From Lama guanicoe (lineage: Eukaryota): DNA of 64,000 bases. The notes under the pieces were generated by a model, which was not told where the DNA came from, ran no database searches, and worked only from the letters and a program-made list of their open reading frames with translations. The stretch is taken from assembly GCA_013239625.1 (NCBI GenBank), contig MU055452.1, forward strand, positions 971,394 to 1,035,393, in the 5' to 3' direction. Both the position numbers and the translations under genes were made by a program. Numbering within the stretch: position 1 is the first letter of the stretch; every line of letters begins with the position of its first letter. Shown here in pieces: positions 1-12,200 of the stretch.

Positions 1-2785
1 GCATTTTAGCAAGTCATACCCAGATAGCATGATGTCCTAGGTACATTTTGTTATCCTCTGAATACAAAACACCATGAACTTCACACTTTGCCTCGTCAGC
101 CAGCAAGGTGCCAGACAGATACTTGCCTGACGCTAAAGATGATCACCACGAGCCAAAACACTCCTATGCCTGGCTTACATTTTCGGTCTGGCATCTAGGA
201 AATGCTTCTTGCAATTCAGCCCTCTCAAGGAAGCTGAAGACCCTTAGGTGACATTTTAAAGCAGTTGTGCTCTGATGGCTTTGAATATGCCGAAACAAGA
301 ACAAAAACTCACAAAAAGTATTTTTAGCGACTATAGTTCCCAAACAACAGTACTCTAAAAACTGCACAAGAATCACCTTGAGAGGTGTTTAAAAACATGG
401 ATACCAGGGATTCTGGTTCCGTTTGTCTTGGGTGAGTCTTGACATCTGGGTGACTAGGATTCTGATATGCAGGAAGATAAAGGCTCTGTACTTGAACTTG
501 TTGCCACCCAGCCATCACTTGCAAATGGGCAAGGATTTCTGGAAACAAGGATCCAGGTAGAGAAGGGTTGTATCTCCATCCAAACAGTATGCAGCTTTGT
601 CAGGATGGGACACATAGAGCTAAAGGGTCAGTAAAGCAAGCAGCTTAAGTAGGCATTTCTAATCGTCCGCCTATTTGAGACATAACCATTTCTCTTCCTT
701 CCTGTAGGATTTTTGATATGAGAGTTTATCTGCCCACCTCATCCTCAGGCTTTTGGGTGTTTGATTTTCCATTAACCTTAGTGAGTAAAATTAATAATGA
801 GGCCCGTAGTGCAGGAAGGTTGGTTTATGTTTCTTGTACACGAATCTTGTCAAAACAGGTACCAGGCATTCTAAGGAAGACCTAAGATTGACTTCAAATT
901 CCTTATTAAAGTATCAGAGGAGAAACGGAGTCTGTATGTTTTTGGTTTTGTTGAAGACTGTCAGGCTTCCTCACCGTTGCCTGGGTTGTTACCATACTTG
1001 GATTAGAAGGTTACCCATCTTTGCCACTGCTCAGCCCAGTTTAATTAACACCTCACCCTCAGTCCCCAACATCCCTTTAAACCACTGCTCTCTGCCCAGA
1101 TAGACTTTTACACCTGTCTTAGCAATTCTGAGAAAGATGCTTTGAAGTGCCTTTTCAAAATCCCCTGTTAATGATCTGGTAATTATTGTGGTGACTTTTC
1201 AATGAAGTGTGAAGTGCTCAGCTAGCTGTCAGCCAAGAGAATCCCCAGGCACCTCAAAAGAGGGACACATGAAGGGAGAAAAAGCAAAAACAACAACAAC
1301 AACAAAAACCCTGAGCCTAGGTCTGTCCCCAAGTCACAGGGGCAGCCCCATCTGGCCAGAGAAGAGGCCCTGCCTGAAGCTGGGAAGGCCCCAGGAGCTC
1401 CTGTTGGCAGATAAGAGCTCTCTAACTCCTGGGAAGAGTCTGACTATAGAATCTGGGGAAACTACATAAACGACCCTCAAAACCCCACTGGTACCCTAGT
1501 AGGCAATGCCGTGTCCCCTGGCTGGCTCTAGGGAGAAGCCACACTCCTACACGTAGACTACCACATTGTCCTTGGTGCCCTCCTCCCTCACCAAGTGGAG
1601 CACGTCCCTTCCCTTCACAATCCACATCTATTGTCAGCAGTCAGGGCTCCTGTCCAGAGAGGCCCGAGCGAGAGCTATTGATGCTTTTCTCCCTGCCCCT
1701 CAGATCCCAGCAGCCAGCAGCGGCGGGGGTGGGGGGGAGGGTGTGGTCAAAGAGGGTCCAACTGTGCTGGGTACTCCCCACATCCAGAAGCCAAGTATGC
1801 CACCCATCTCCACACCTGTGCTTCCCAACACCCTGTTCCACTGGTCAGGGTGTTGGGTCTCTCGCAGCCTGACGACCCCTCATAACCAAAGAGGCTGCAA
1901 AACACATCAAGGAGTCCTACCTGGTCCAAGTTCTCGCAACATCTGAGCTGGCCCTTCCTCCTCCTTCCCCCACAGCTAGAAGACAGTCCCAACTGAGAAG
2001 TGAAGGGCCAGCCCTGAGGACCCATTTGACCATGGAGTCTTAAGGAGTAGAGGACATCATCTGGGTCAGGCCGCTTGTTTTACTAATGAGACACTGGAAC
2101 TCAGGAAGGTGACGTGATGCTCTCAAGACAGAAGCCTCACCAGCGAACGCCGGGGTGGGACTAATACCAGGTCCCAGGGTCTTCTCTACCACCCGTGGCT
2201 CTTCCACCAGCGCCCACCATCAGTCCGAGGTGCCTTCATGTCTTCATCTGCTGACCTGGCCTGGTCCTCCTACCCCCAGCCTCAACCAGGAGAGAGCAAG
2301 GGCCTGGGGGGAGGCAGAGACAGCGAGGCCAGCTGTGCCCTGGGCCGTCTCTGACATGCCCTTTGTACAGTGTTAACTGAGTACAGCTGCCAGTGGGTTG
2401 ATGGTCTGACCTGGCTTCTGGCGCCCAGACTCTAACCCTTGCTGGCACTGCCCTGCTCCTGACATGGCTCCCCATGATGGCACCTTCTCTGCCCTGGACA
2501 CCATGGGAGCTGCCCTGCTTAGTTGCTGGAAATCATCTTCCCAAGTCATGGAAAGATCTGAATCTCTTTAGTTAAGCAAACCCAGCTGATGGGCAGTCTG
2601 GGATCCCCTTCTCTGTTCCTCTGAAGGAACTGGGAAGCAGATGCTCCCAGCATAAATATTTTTTGTAACTTTTTCCATCTCTAGGAATAATACAATAATA
2701 ATATGTGACAAGAGGAAGAAAACACTGTTCACCAAAATTCCTCTTAGGCAGAGTATTCTATATGTTCAGAAGAAATGCTCCGAGC

Positions 2786-2958
2786 CAGTGGTTCTCAAAG
2801 TGTGGTCCCCAGATCACTGCATCACTTGGAAATCACCTGGGACCTTGCTGGAGATGTAGATTCTCAGGCCCACTTGTGCCCCCATGTCCTGCTGCATCAG
2901 AACCACTAGGGTGGGACCCTCCAGGGCATTCTGGCACAGTTAAGGTCTGGGAAGCCAA
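2786..2958. mobile_element. MER5A-like hAT-Charlie DNA transposon remnant
   Basis: Starts cagtggttctcaaagtgtggtcc (MER5 terminus) and contains agatgtagattctcaggccc. Confidence 0.7.
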
Positions 2959-3424
2959 TTTTGGGGGAGATGGGGAAGCTCCAGAATGCACCCCAGTAGC
3001 AAAAACCCAGGATCAATGGTCTTATAAGGAGGAAGGGTCTGGTTCCCGGCATGGCTTAGGTCAAGGGAGTCCTGGGATGAACTGGGAGGTAGAAGCTGGG
3101 GGAAAACTCTTCATGACAGAAAGGAAGGACTTTTGAGGTTCCCCGAGGAAACCTAGAGGGGAGGAGAGTGAAGGTTGTGAGGCTGGGTGCCGCGTAGGAA
3201 AAAGAAAGAGGAAGTCAGACCCCTGTAACAGGGAGTATCTCATGAGATTGTTGGTGGAATCACAAGCCTTATGCAATGTGCCTTCTCCCCGAACTGCACA
3301 CAGCATCGGCAAAGATTATACAAACAACCACAAGCTTCCTGGGGGTTCCACACTCTGGACACCACAAGAGGGGCTAAGTTCTGCGTGGCGGTCTCAGTGC
3401 CACCCCCAGCAGGAAACTCTCTGT

Positions 3425-3660
3425 AAATAGAATTGTCGTGGCTGCATACTCTTTCATAATGAGAACATTTCTGTATTTCCTTAACCATCCCCTTATTTGG
3501 GGGCATCTCGTTGGTTTCCAATTTTTCTCTATCATAAACAACATATGATAAATGTCTCAGAGCTACAAACCTTCTCTTTACTCATGATTACGACCTTGGA
3601 ACACAGATTCACAAATGTTGAACAACTTGGTTCAAATGCTGAGTACTGTGAAGAACAGAA
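3425..3660 (-). mobile_element. Old L1 (L1M) fragment, antisense
   Basis: ggctgcatact...ttaaccatcccctta...ttggtttccaattttt pattern typical of antisense L1M near the ORF2 3' end. Confidence 0.45.
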
Positions 3661-4189
3661 ATTTCCCCTGAGACTGAGTAGGGGAGGGAGTGCTGCCCAG
3701 AACATTTATGAATATGATGTAGGAGAGGAAAAAAAAGTGTCCTCTTTCTCGGAGAGAATTATAGAGGTTCACAGAGTAGAGCCAGGCATTCCGGGGGCTG
3801 TGAGGAGAGGGCATGTGGAGGGGCTTCCCAGTAACATTAAAGCTGTGTTAGAGCTGAGGGTGTTTTGAGTGACAACGAGAGGGTTCACAGAGAGTGGCTG
3901 CATGTATTTGGTTGCAGGTGTCACACTCTTACCTCTAGCCAGTCACCAGCTTCACAGCTGTGCTTTTAAGCTCGCAATCTGGTCAGAGCAGGGGTAGTGC
4001 AGGCTTCGAGTCCTGCAAGATCTAGGGTCTCAAATGATGACACCAGACCGTCCAGTATCTCTCAGCTGTTGCTGTTGGTGATTCCTTCCTACTGCAGACA
4101 GGCTTTCTGTGTGCAGGGAGAGGAGGAAGGGGCAGGGAGTGGAGGAACAGGGTGGGCAGAGCTGCAGACAACTCCAGTCTCACTTGATC

Positions 4190-4500
4190 CCAGCTAGAGA
4201 CGCCAGAGGAGAGAGACACCTTCACTCTTCAAGCTTCATGTGTCAAATTTCAAGGAACATCTCTGATTGGCTGGCTTGGGTCACGTGCTTGTTCAGTAGA
4301 CAAACTCATCGTGGTTACACAGTTGGGGCACTATGATTGGCTAGGCCTGGGTCACATGTCCATCACTGAAACCCAGTCCAGGTGCTCTAACTGGTAGCCC
4401 CATCAGAATCATATGGATTTAGGGAGCAGCAGATACCCAGGAGAAAGGGGTGTCCTTTCCAGAAGAAAATGGTAGCCAAAACCACAGATGTTCACTATCT
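4190..4500 (-). mobile_element. MLT1J/K/L-like MaLR LTR fragment
   Basis: Repeated tgattggc...tgggtcac(g/a)tg motifs and terminal acagatgttcacta. Confidence 0.6.
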
Positions 4501-5789
4501 GTATTTCTTCATACCCTGGCAGCTACTGTTGATTCATCACAATATTTCCCCCTTGAGCCCAGATTCAGCCTCAGAATTCTTCTTAACACAGCACTCAGGC
4601 AACGAATTCCAACCAATCCAAGTTAGCCTACAAGATAAAAGTGATTTGCCATTTTGGAGCTTAAAACAAGATGCCAGATCATTGAGAACAAGAGACTAAA
4701 GTGAACTGGGTTTAAGGAAAGTGTAAGTCACAGAGGTCAGCTCAGAACTCTAATGGGTCGCTTCTGCAAGATGCCTTCTTGGGGGACAGTAGGTCACTGC
4801 AGGAATGAATGTCTGTGACAGTGCAATGGTTGGGCATTGGTGGAGTACGGGACATTGTAAGATTCTCTGTTTTTCTTTGGGAGGCCAAATATGTTTTCTT
4901 TCTATTACTGTCACTCAAAAGTGAGTTGCGAGTGGGCAGTGCAAGAGATGTCTGAGCCTCATTCATTAGATTTCCACAGGGTTTTGGCTTTAGGAGAAGT
5001 CTGGTCCCTCCCATTTGTGTGCTCCATCGTTTGGTCAACAGCCAGCCAGACGGGGTGAGCCATGGTAGGCTATGGTGCATAGGGCTGGGACCAAGGCCCA
5101 GCTCCAGGGCAGCACTGGGTTCTTCCATGGAAAGGCTCACAGCTCACATCTCCAAAGTGCACAGGTCAAAGCAAACCCAAGAACAATCATGATGGAAACT
5201 GCTATTGAGGGTAGCCAGCCTGGGTGGTAAGGACAGGGCACAGCCATCTCTGGATGGCCCTGGTACACAGTTTCAAGCGGGTAGTCACTTGAGGATTCTG
5301 ATACCATGTGAGGGACTGCAGAAGTTTGGCTAGCAGACCAGATACCATGAAGCGTGTCCATATGGCCTCAGTGATCACAGGCTTCAAGTTCCTGCCTATT
5401 CCCGTGGACTTCTTTAGGACCTGAGGCTGGGGTTAGTTCAGCCTGGGCTCCCAGCTCACATGCAAGTCTCCTGGGGCCTGACCCAGGTCCTCAGCAGAGC
5501 CGGAAGAAGCAAGGCTTAATTGCATCGGAAGGGAAGCTTGCTAAGCATGCTGACACTCTCAGCCCATGCAATCAATCTTCCATCCTGTAAATGGAATTAG
5601 AAGTGTGATTCTGGCAATTATAAAGCCCATCATTTCCCTCTTTTTCTCTAAGTAAATTAGAAAGGCTCTTTGCTCTCACTTTGCAACTGGACCTCATTTG
5701 TAAAGTGCAGCTGTAAAAGTGCTGCAAAGGACTGTACTTCCAGAGGTGCCACATTTGATGCCCAGCTGGCCAAGGGTCTTGGCTTCCTT

Positions 5790-5925
5790 TCAGCCCTGGT
5801 TTTGCTGCCAACCAGACTATGATTTTTGGCAAAGCCAGAACCCCTCTCTCGGCCTCAGTTTCCCCATTTATAAAATGATGAGTGTGGATGCAGTGGCCTC
5901 TGTGATTCCTTCCAACTCTCATGGC
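5790..5925 (+). mobile_element. MIR SINE fragment
   Basis: MIR core gcctcagtttccccatttataaaatga. Confidence 0.6.
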
Positions 5926-6169
5926 CAGTAGAATTTAAATTTGCTTGATTACCAGAATGGCTCCTTGTAAACAGGGGTAAAGCTTTTTTTAAGCCAGGAG
6001 CTGTCCTGCTCTCTTCATTTCCCACTTACAACGCAGAACCCCTGCAGGTGCAAACACATCCATTTTCAAAGCAGTATGAGGACAGAGGAGCCACGTGCCC
6101 TTGTTTCTGGAACCAAAAGCGCTAACCACACCCACTGAATGCTGACCCTGTGCAGGCCCTGACCTGTTT

Positions 6170-6290
6170 TGCAATAAGAATCACATTGAACCCTCACAAG
6201 AGAGCAGCTTTTAGGCCCATTTCACAGATAAGAAAACTGAGACACAGCAAGGTAGTGTATCCAAGCCAAGTCTGCCCGGCTCCGAAGGCC
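6170..6290 (-). mobile_element. MIR SINE fragment
   Basis: Antisense core cccatttcacagataagaaaactgagac. Confidence 0.6.
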
Positions 6291-7519
6291 CCACCCATAT
6301 TCACAACTTTCTCAAATCCCCAAATTCCAGGACTTCAGTAGAAAAAGAACATATGGACCAAGAAGACCCCTCAACATGAAGGGAATGCCAGGCAGCACCC
6401 CTGAGTGATGCAGTGTGCCCAGGCAATTGGGAGATGTCCCTAAACATGTGGGGCCAGTTGGTCCACCAGGAAGAGGGGTGGTTAGAAGATGTGAAAGACT
6501 CTGACAAATGTGTTTCAATGTTTCTGACTCTCTAAATGGGCTCTTGCTTCCTCCGCCTCCTCTGCCTCCTCCTTACCTTTGGAAATGGAATGCTATCAAT
6601 TTCATCTGAAGGGAGTGTTTGGTGCTATTTAGAAACAGCATGAAATAAATTTTTATGACTCTGGTAAGGGGGTGATGGGGAACATTCAGTTGCCTTGGCT
6701 CTGATGACCCAGCTCTGTCTCCCACATTTCCCATATTGAAGTTCTCAGAATTTACAATTACAAATGCTGAATGACATTTTAATTTTTTATAAGGTGGATA
6801 AAAGAACTACAAAATATCATTTGTTTTAAGGGTTGTCTTTCCAAATAAATTAAAGTACCATCAAAGTTTTAGGAATGAACATTACCCTACTACAAAAAAA
6901 ATGTTTTCAAAACATAGTTTCAGTTAGGCTCATCTGGCAGATGCTAACTCTGGAAATAAGTGTTAATGACAGTTTTTTTCACAGAAAAGACTCTGCTGTC
7001 CCCATCAATGTGGTTTAGTCAATACCTCTTGAATACTTCTTCAGGTAACTTATACATACGTTATCTTAGGATTCATCAATGTCATACCTGAGGGCCCCCA
7101 CATTATCTCAGGAGCCCCCGGCTGGATGTCAGCCCAGCTGAGCAGCCCCTGCCGAATCTTAGGTTCCTGACCGGCACTTACTGAGCACCTGCTCTGTACC
7201 AGGTGCCCTGCTGGCCCTGGAGGCAGAGCAATGGACATGGGGAACCACAATCCAGGGCTCCATCTGTAAGGATGCACCGGATGGGGAAAACATCCTCTAG
7301 AATTTCAGTATTGGTGGTATTTATAAGTTGGAACTGAGTGCAAAGTAGATGTAATTGGAATGCTGAAGAGATGCAGATGACCTGGACTTTGCCAGCAGCC
7401 AGGCTATCTTGCACCTGCTTCCTCATCATTAAAACAGGACAATAACCTCCAAATCACAAGGTTGTTGGTGAAGGCGGAGGCCATTTAGCAGGGCTGTGAT
7501 TAACAATGAGGTTGTCGGA

Positions 7520-7700
7520 CGAGGTTTGAATTTTGGTTCCACCACTGTGATTTTGTACAAGTGACTTATAATCCCTCTGAGACTCAGTTTACCTTGTCTG
7601 TAAAATGGCCACAGTAATCTCATCTCCAGGAGACAATGGTGGGCATGCATTTTAAGTGCTTGACACAGTGCCTGGAGCAGAATAAGTGTCTTTTAAGGAA
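7520..7700 (+). mobile_element. MIR SINE
   Basis: caagtgactta...ctctgagactcagttt...ctgtaaaatgg...aagtgcttgacacagtgcctgg. Confidence 0.7.
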
Positions 7701-9545
7701 TGGTTATCATCGGTAAAGGTACCAATGCCAGGCCAAGCTCAGAAGAGGGGCTCACTTGGCAGGATTTCTCTCCCCTTCAAATTCTTCTACACATGTATCA
7801 CCCAGGCCCCATTTTCCTCCTCCCCGGTCTCTCTTAGACAGTCCCTGTCTTTCCATTACAGCCAAAGTTTATTTCCTCAAAAAGTCTTTGCTGAAATCTT
7901 ACCAGAAGCCCAGCATGATGTTAGAATCTCTGAACAGAAAAGAAACACCAGCAGTGGCCCTGCCCACCACACACACAGGGTATCCACAAGCAAATAATGA
8001 ACGCACCAGACAGAATTAAGTCTTAGTAACAGCTTGAGCTGGCAACAGCAGCCTTGTCCCAAGGCAGCCCGTGATTAATTATCAAATGAATTGTGCAGGC
8101 TGTAATTGCTACCAGAAGTGTGTGGAGGAAAATCTCACTTCTGACCACAGTGGTCAGGGAGGATAAACCTTCACACCCTGGAGATCTGGCTGAGACACTT
8201 GCGGAAATCACGAAGCAACAGGAAACTACAGGGAACAGGACCGTCAGGCTCCAATCACCCAAACACTGGGGGCTTCCAGCCCTCCCCCATGCCTGCTACA
8301 GAGGCCCAGCTCTTCAGCTGTTTCAGCAATCAGCCCACAAGTTTCCCATCTGAGGAATGGGGTTTCTCAGGCAGGTAGGAATGAAAGAATTTTCTCCCCC
8401 ACTTCCCAGTGCCCCCACAACACACACACCAACACAACTACCACAACCTGCACAAGTGACTGATATAGTTGAACCTCTGCTTTCTAAGCCCCTCTTTTCT
8501 CTGTCCTATTTTTACGATTCTTTTGGGGTTTTATTTTTCAGTCTACAGCATGTGGTTCACTCCACCCACATAATAAGAGAGAACTAACAAGTTACTGTAC
8601 CTGTAGCGCACTGAGGTCACTGGATGAAAGGAATTCAAATAACCAAGAGAGACCTTTTTGTTAAGTATAATTTCAATAGGCAGCACAAGGAAAAATTAGC
8701 TAACACAGGGGAGGGACATCGGAAATGAAGTGAAAGGACTGGGCGTCATTACTAATTATTTTCTTTGAAGTCCTCTTGATTGTTTTCTAACAATACAGTC
8801 CAGGTAGAAAACTTGCTATTTATATTTTATAGACAAAATAGAGATGTATCAAAGTCTTCCATTTGTCTGATAAAAATGATAGGACTTGGGGAGATGGAAG
8901 GAATCTCATTTGCCTCTCTCCCTTAAATCTGATAGAAGGAAAGTCTGGGCTTATCTGGAACATTCTTCCTAGTCTTTCAGCTTGCCCTGGCTCATACCCC
9001 TCAGTGCTGCTGGCCGTCAGGCTCTGGAAGATCAATTCAGCCTTCCAGCGCGGACTCTGCCCAGCCAGGAGGTTCCCCATGGCACCTGGCTCCTCCACCA
9101 GCCTGGGCAGGGCAGGGCAGAGCCAGGTGGGCGGCTCCTGGCCCGCAGGCTGGTAGGAACTGCGTGAGTCTTGTTGCCAAGTCAGAATAATGACTTGCCC
9201 AGCAGGGAAGAGGCCAGGTAGGTTTGGGACCTTTATTTTGGGGCTGTTTTTACATCTTCCTCAACCTGGTTTTACTCATTGTTAGAAACAAGAGACAGAT
9301 CTGCCAGAAATGTATAATCAGCCACCAAGCCTAGCAATGTAGCTATGTTCAGAGAACTTACATGGTTTAGAGGAAGCGTTGTTTTGGGGAGGGTCTTTTT
9401 CTGCTCCCTCCAGCCCTTCCCACAGACTCAGGAACAGCTGGTGCTCAGGGAGCAAGCACACTGGCTTTAGACCACAAAGATGTCCCCTTGGAGCAGCATT
9501 ACTGAATTTTCCTACCAAGTGTAAAAGGCCACATTGCTACTGAAG

Positions 9546-9593
9546 TGTTTTGTTTTGTTTGTTTGTTTGTTTGTTTGTTTGTTTGTTTGTTTT
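9546..9593. repeat. (GTTT)n microsatellite
   Basis: Directly visible tandem repeat. Confidence 0.95.
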
Positions 9594-10049
9594 AATATAA
9601 ATCTGATCTTGGCACATTATTTTTGACAGGTCTCCCTCCACTTAATATCTTAACGGGGATGACTCTTCTCTTGACACGCATTCTACATAGAAATCCTTCA
9701 TAAATGCATGCTCACTGGACCTGCCAGGAAAGGGCCCTGCACCAGAGGAGCTGTTTCCCGGGAGTTGAAGTCCCCATGGGGAACCCCAGAGCCACAAGGC
9801 TACGGGGCTCACCTTGCCACCACTGACCCTCTCCACCCCGAACTCCTAGAGTTCTTAGAATTTTCCTCGGGGGTTCGCTTGCTGTGAGAACATCAAGTAA
9901 ATCTATTGCATTGGAAGAGCCTTAAAACCCAGCCAAACTCTCCAGATTTTAAAAGACAAAAGGCAAAAAGACTACTGGCCAGGAGGTCTGGTTCTGGCTC
10001 TTGGGTGGCCTAGGGAAATCATCCCCTCTCTCGGCCTGTTTTTCCTTCT

Positions 10050-11760
10050 GTAAAATAAGCGGGATCCAGCCGAGGACTAAGGCGAGACATCGCAAGCCCC
10101 GCTCAGGTGTGACGACGGGGTGGTCGCCGGGCCCCCGAGCCTCCCTCCGAGGACGCAATTATTTCAGAGCACCTTCTCTGCTAGGAGTTGGACTCAGGCG
10201 ATGTAGCGGAGCCGCCCCGTGAGTCCGCAAGCTTGGCGGGCCGGGCCAACCCCCGCCCGGACGATCGGGTTGATCCCCACCGACGCCTCGGCCCCGCCCA
10301 CGCGCCGGCCCCCGAGGCCCACCCCGGCGCGCTGCCGGCACCCCTCCCGACCTGCCCCGCGACGCCCCCGCTCCCGCCGCTGAGCGTGCCGCCCCGCCCT
10401 CCCCGGAGTCTCCGTACCACGCGGGCGGAGGGCTGGGCGGGACGGGGCGGGACGCGCGGGAGGCGGAGCCGAACCGGGGAATCCTGCTCCCGGCGAGTGC
10501 CGGGCCCCGCAGAGCAGCCTGCCCGTCCGAGGGCCCCCGCACCGGGGGCGGCGGGGAACCCCAGACGCCACCGGGCCGGGACGGAGCCCCGCGCCGAGCG
10601 AGCAGCCGCCACTGCCTCCGCGCCGCCCTAGCGGACTGGAGGGGGCCCGGCGCTGCCTCACTCCGCCCGCCGCCAGCCCCCGCGGTCCCGCCGTCCGCTC
10701 GCCGGCCCGTCTCCGGCACGCCATGCAGCCGCCTCCAACCCCGCGCGCGTAGGCGCCCGCCGCAGGCCATGCTGCCCCTGCTCGTCGCGCTGCTGGCCGC
10801 CGCCTGCCCACTGCCGCCAACCTGCGGCGGGGCTACGGACGCGCCCGGCCTCCTCGGGGCGCCCCTCAACGTCTCGGTCAACGCGTCGTCCGCGGGCGAG
10901 CCCGCCGCCCCGCGGCTGCTGGCCTCGGCAGCGCCCGGGGCCCCCGAACAACCGGGCCCNNNNNNNNNNNNNNNNNNNNNNNNNNNNNNNNNNNNNNNNN
11001 NNNNNNNNNNNNNNNNNNNNNNNNNNNNNNNNNNNNNNNNNNNNNNNNNNNNNNNNNNNNNNNNNNNNNNNNNNNNNNNNNNNNNNNNNNNNNNNNNNNN
11101 NNNNNNNGCCTTCCACCGTGTCGGGCCGCCGCTGCTCATCGAGCACCTGGGGTTGGCGGCGGGCGGCGCGCAGCAGGACCTGCGCCTCTGCGTGGGCTGC
11201 GGCTGGGTGCGCGGCCGCCGCCCCGGCCGCCTCCGACCTGCCGGCGCCACCGCCGGGGCGCCCACCGCGCTGCCCGCCTACCCCGGGGCCGAGCCCCCTG
11301 GGCCGCTGTGGCTGCAGGGCGAGCCGCTGCATTTCTGCTGCCTGGACTTCAGCCTGGAGGAGTTGCAGGGAGAGCCGGGCTGGCGGCTGAACCGCAAGCC
11401 CATCGAGTCCACGCTGGTGGCCTGCTTCATGACCCTGGTCATCGTAGTGTGGAGCGTGGCCGCCCTCATCTGGCCGGTGCCCATCATCGCCGGTTTCCTG
11501 CCCAACGGCATGGAGCAGCGCCGGACCACCGCCAGCGCCGCCGCCGCCGCCCCCGCCGACCCTGTGTCCGTGCTCTCGGTGCCTTTCCCGCCGGGAGCCT
11601 CGGCCGGTGTGCTTCGTGCTGTAGTGACCGTTAGTTCTTCTTCCGGGGAGGGGACCGCCGGAGAGGCCCCAGAGTGTGGGAAAAGCAAGGTTTGTGCCGC
11701 TCTTCTGGCTCCGAAACGCGGGTGCAAGCCCTTGCCCTGCAGGGTGGGATCCGCAGCTTG
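10050..11760. promoter_or_regulatory. CpG island covering the TMEM158 promoter and gene body; GC boxes around 10420-10470
   Basis: Abrupt shift to very GC- and CpG-rich sequence against CpG-depleted flanks; several GGGCGG (Sp/KLF) motifs at 10422-10470; no TATA box seen. Confidence 0.9.
10723..10752 (+). promoter_or_regulatory. Upstream ORF (MQPPPTPRA*) in the presumed TMEM158 5'UTR
   Basis: gccATG CAG CCG CCT CCA ACC CCG CGC GCG TAG; the stop lies 16 nt before the main ATG. Translation is inferred, not shown. Confidence 0.55.
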
Positions 11761-11835
11761 GAAGGCTGAGAGGAGGAACTGGGGCCCTTTCCCCTCTTCG
11801 CGTCCCCCTGCCCTCCTCCCTCCCCACACCCACGT
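10769..11835 (+). CDS. TMEM158: Transmembrane protein 158 (RIS1), single exon; homology ends ~11557, frame stays open into masked bases, true stop not visible
   Basis: Translation MLPLLVALLAAACPLPP...AFHRVGPPLLIEHLGLAAGGAQQDLRLCVGCGWVRGRR...GEPLHFCCLDFSLEELQGEPGWRLNRKPIESTLVACFMTLVIVVWSVAALIWPVPIIAGFLPNGMEQRRTTAS matches mammalian TMEM158 as I recall it. It has a signal-peptide-like N-terminus, NVS/NAS sequons, a C-terminal hydrophobic segment and gccATG context. The N run at 10960-11107 keeps the frame. The track end at 12031 depends on reading through Ns. Confidence 0.95.
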
Positions 11836-11984
11836 NNNNNNNNNNNNNNNNNNNNNNNNNNNNNNNNNNNNNNNNNNNNNNNNNNNNNNNNNNNNNNNNN
11901 NNNNNNNNNNNNNNNNNNNNNNNNNNNNNNNNNNNNNNNNNNNNNNNNNNNNNNNNNNNNNNNNNNNNNNNNNNNNNNNNNNNN

Positions 11985-12200
11985 TTTGTTGTTTTTTAAT
12001 TTATTTAAGGGGGGGCATAGGAATGATTTAACACTGATATATTGTTACCGCTGAAAATGAACTTTATGAACCTTTTCCAAGTCGATCTATCCAGTGATGT
12101 GGCCAGGTGGGCGTTTCTTCTTGTACTTCTGTGTTTTTTTGGCTTTTAATACAGACATTTTCCTCCAGAGATGCGTATGTAGCTTTTTCTTTATTTGATT
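11985..12200 (+). terminator. Distal TMEM158 3'UTR with AU-rich element and likely non-canonical poly(A) signal AATACA (12148-12153)
   Basis: ATTTATTTA at 11999-12007; TGTA at 12122-12125; AATACA followed by a GT/T-rich tract at 12172-12200. The sequence resembles the end of the human TMEM158 mRNA as recalled. Confidence 0.6.

Noticed and set aside
10159-11833. Long overlapping and antisense ORFs (368, 391, 208, 183, 147 aa) around TMEM158
   Set aside because: Expected from stop-codon scarcity in a CpG island and from N runs; low-complexity Arg/Gly/Pro/Ala translations with no recognisable family.
11836-12031. The 420-aa TMEM158 ORF ending at 12031
   Set aside because: It passes through 149 Ns of probably AT-rich 3'UTR that likely contain a stop; the end point is unsupported.
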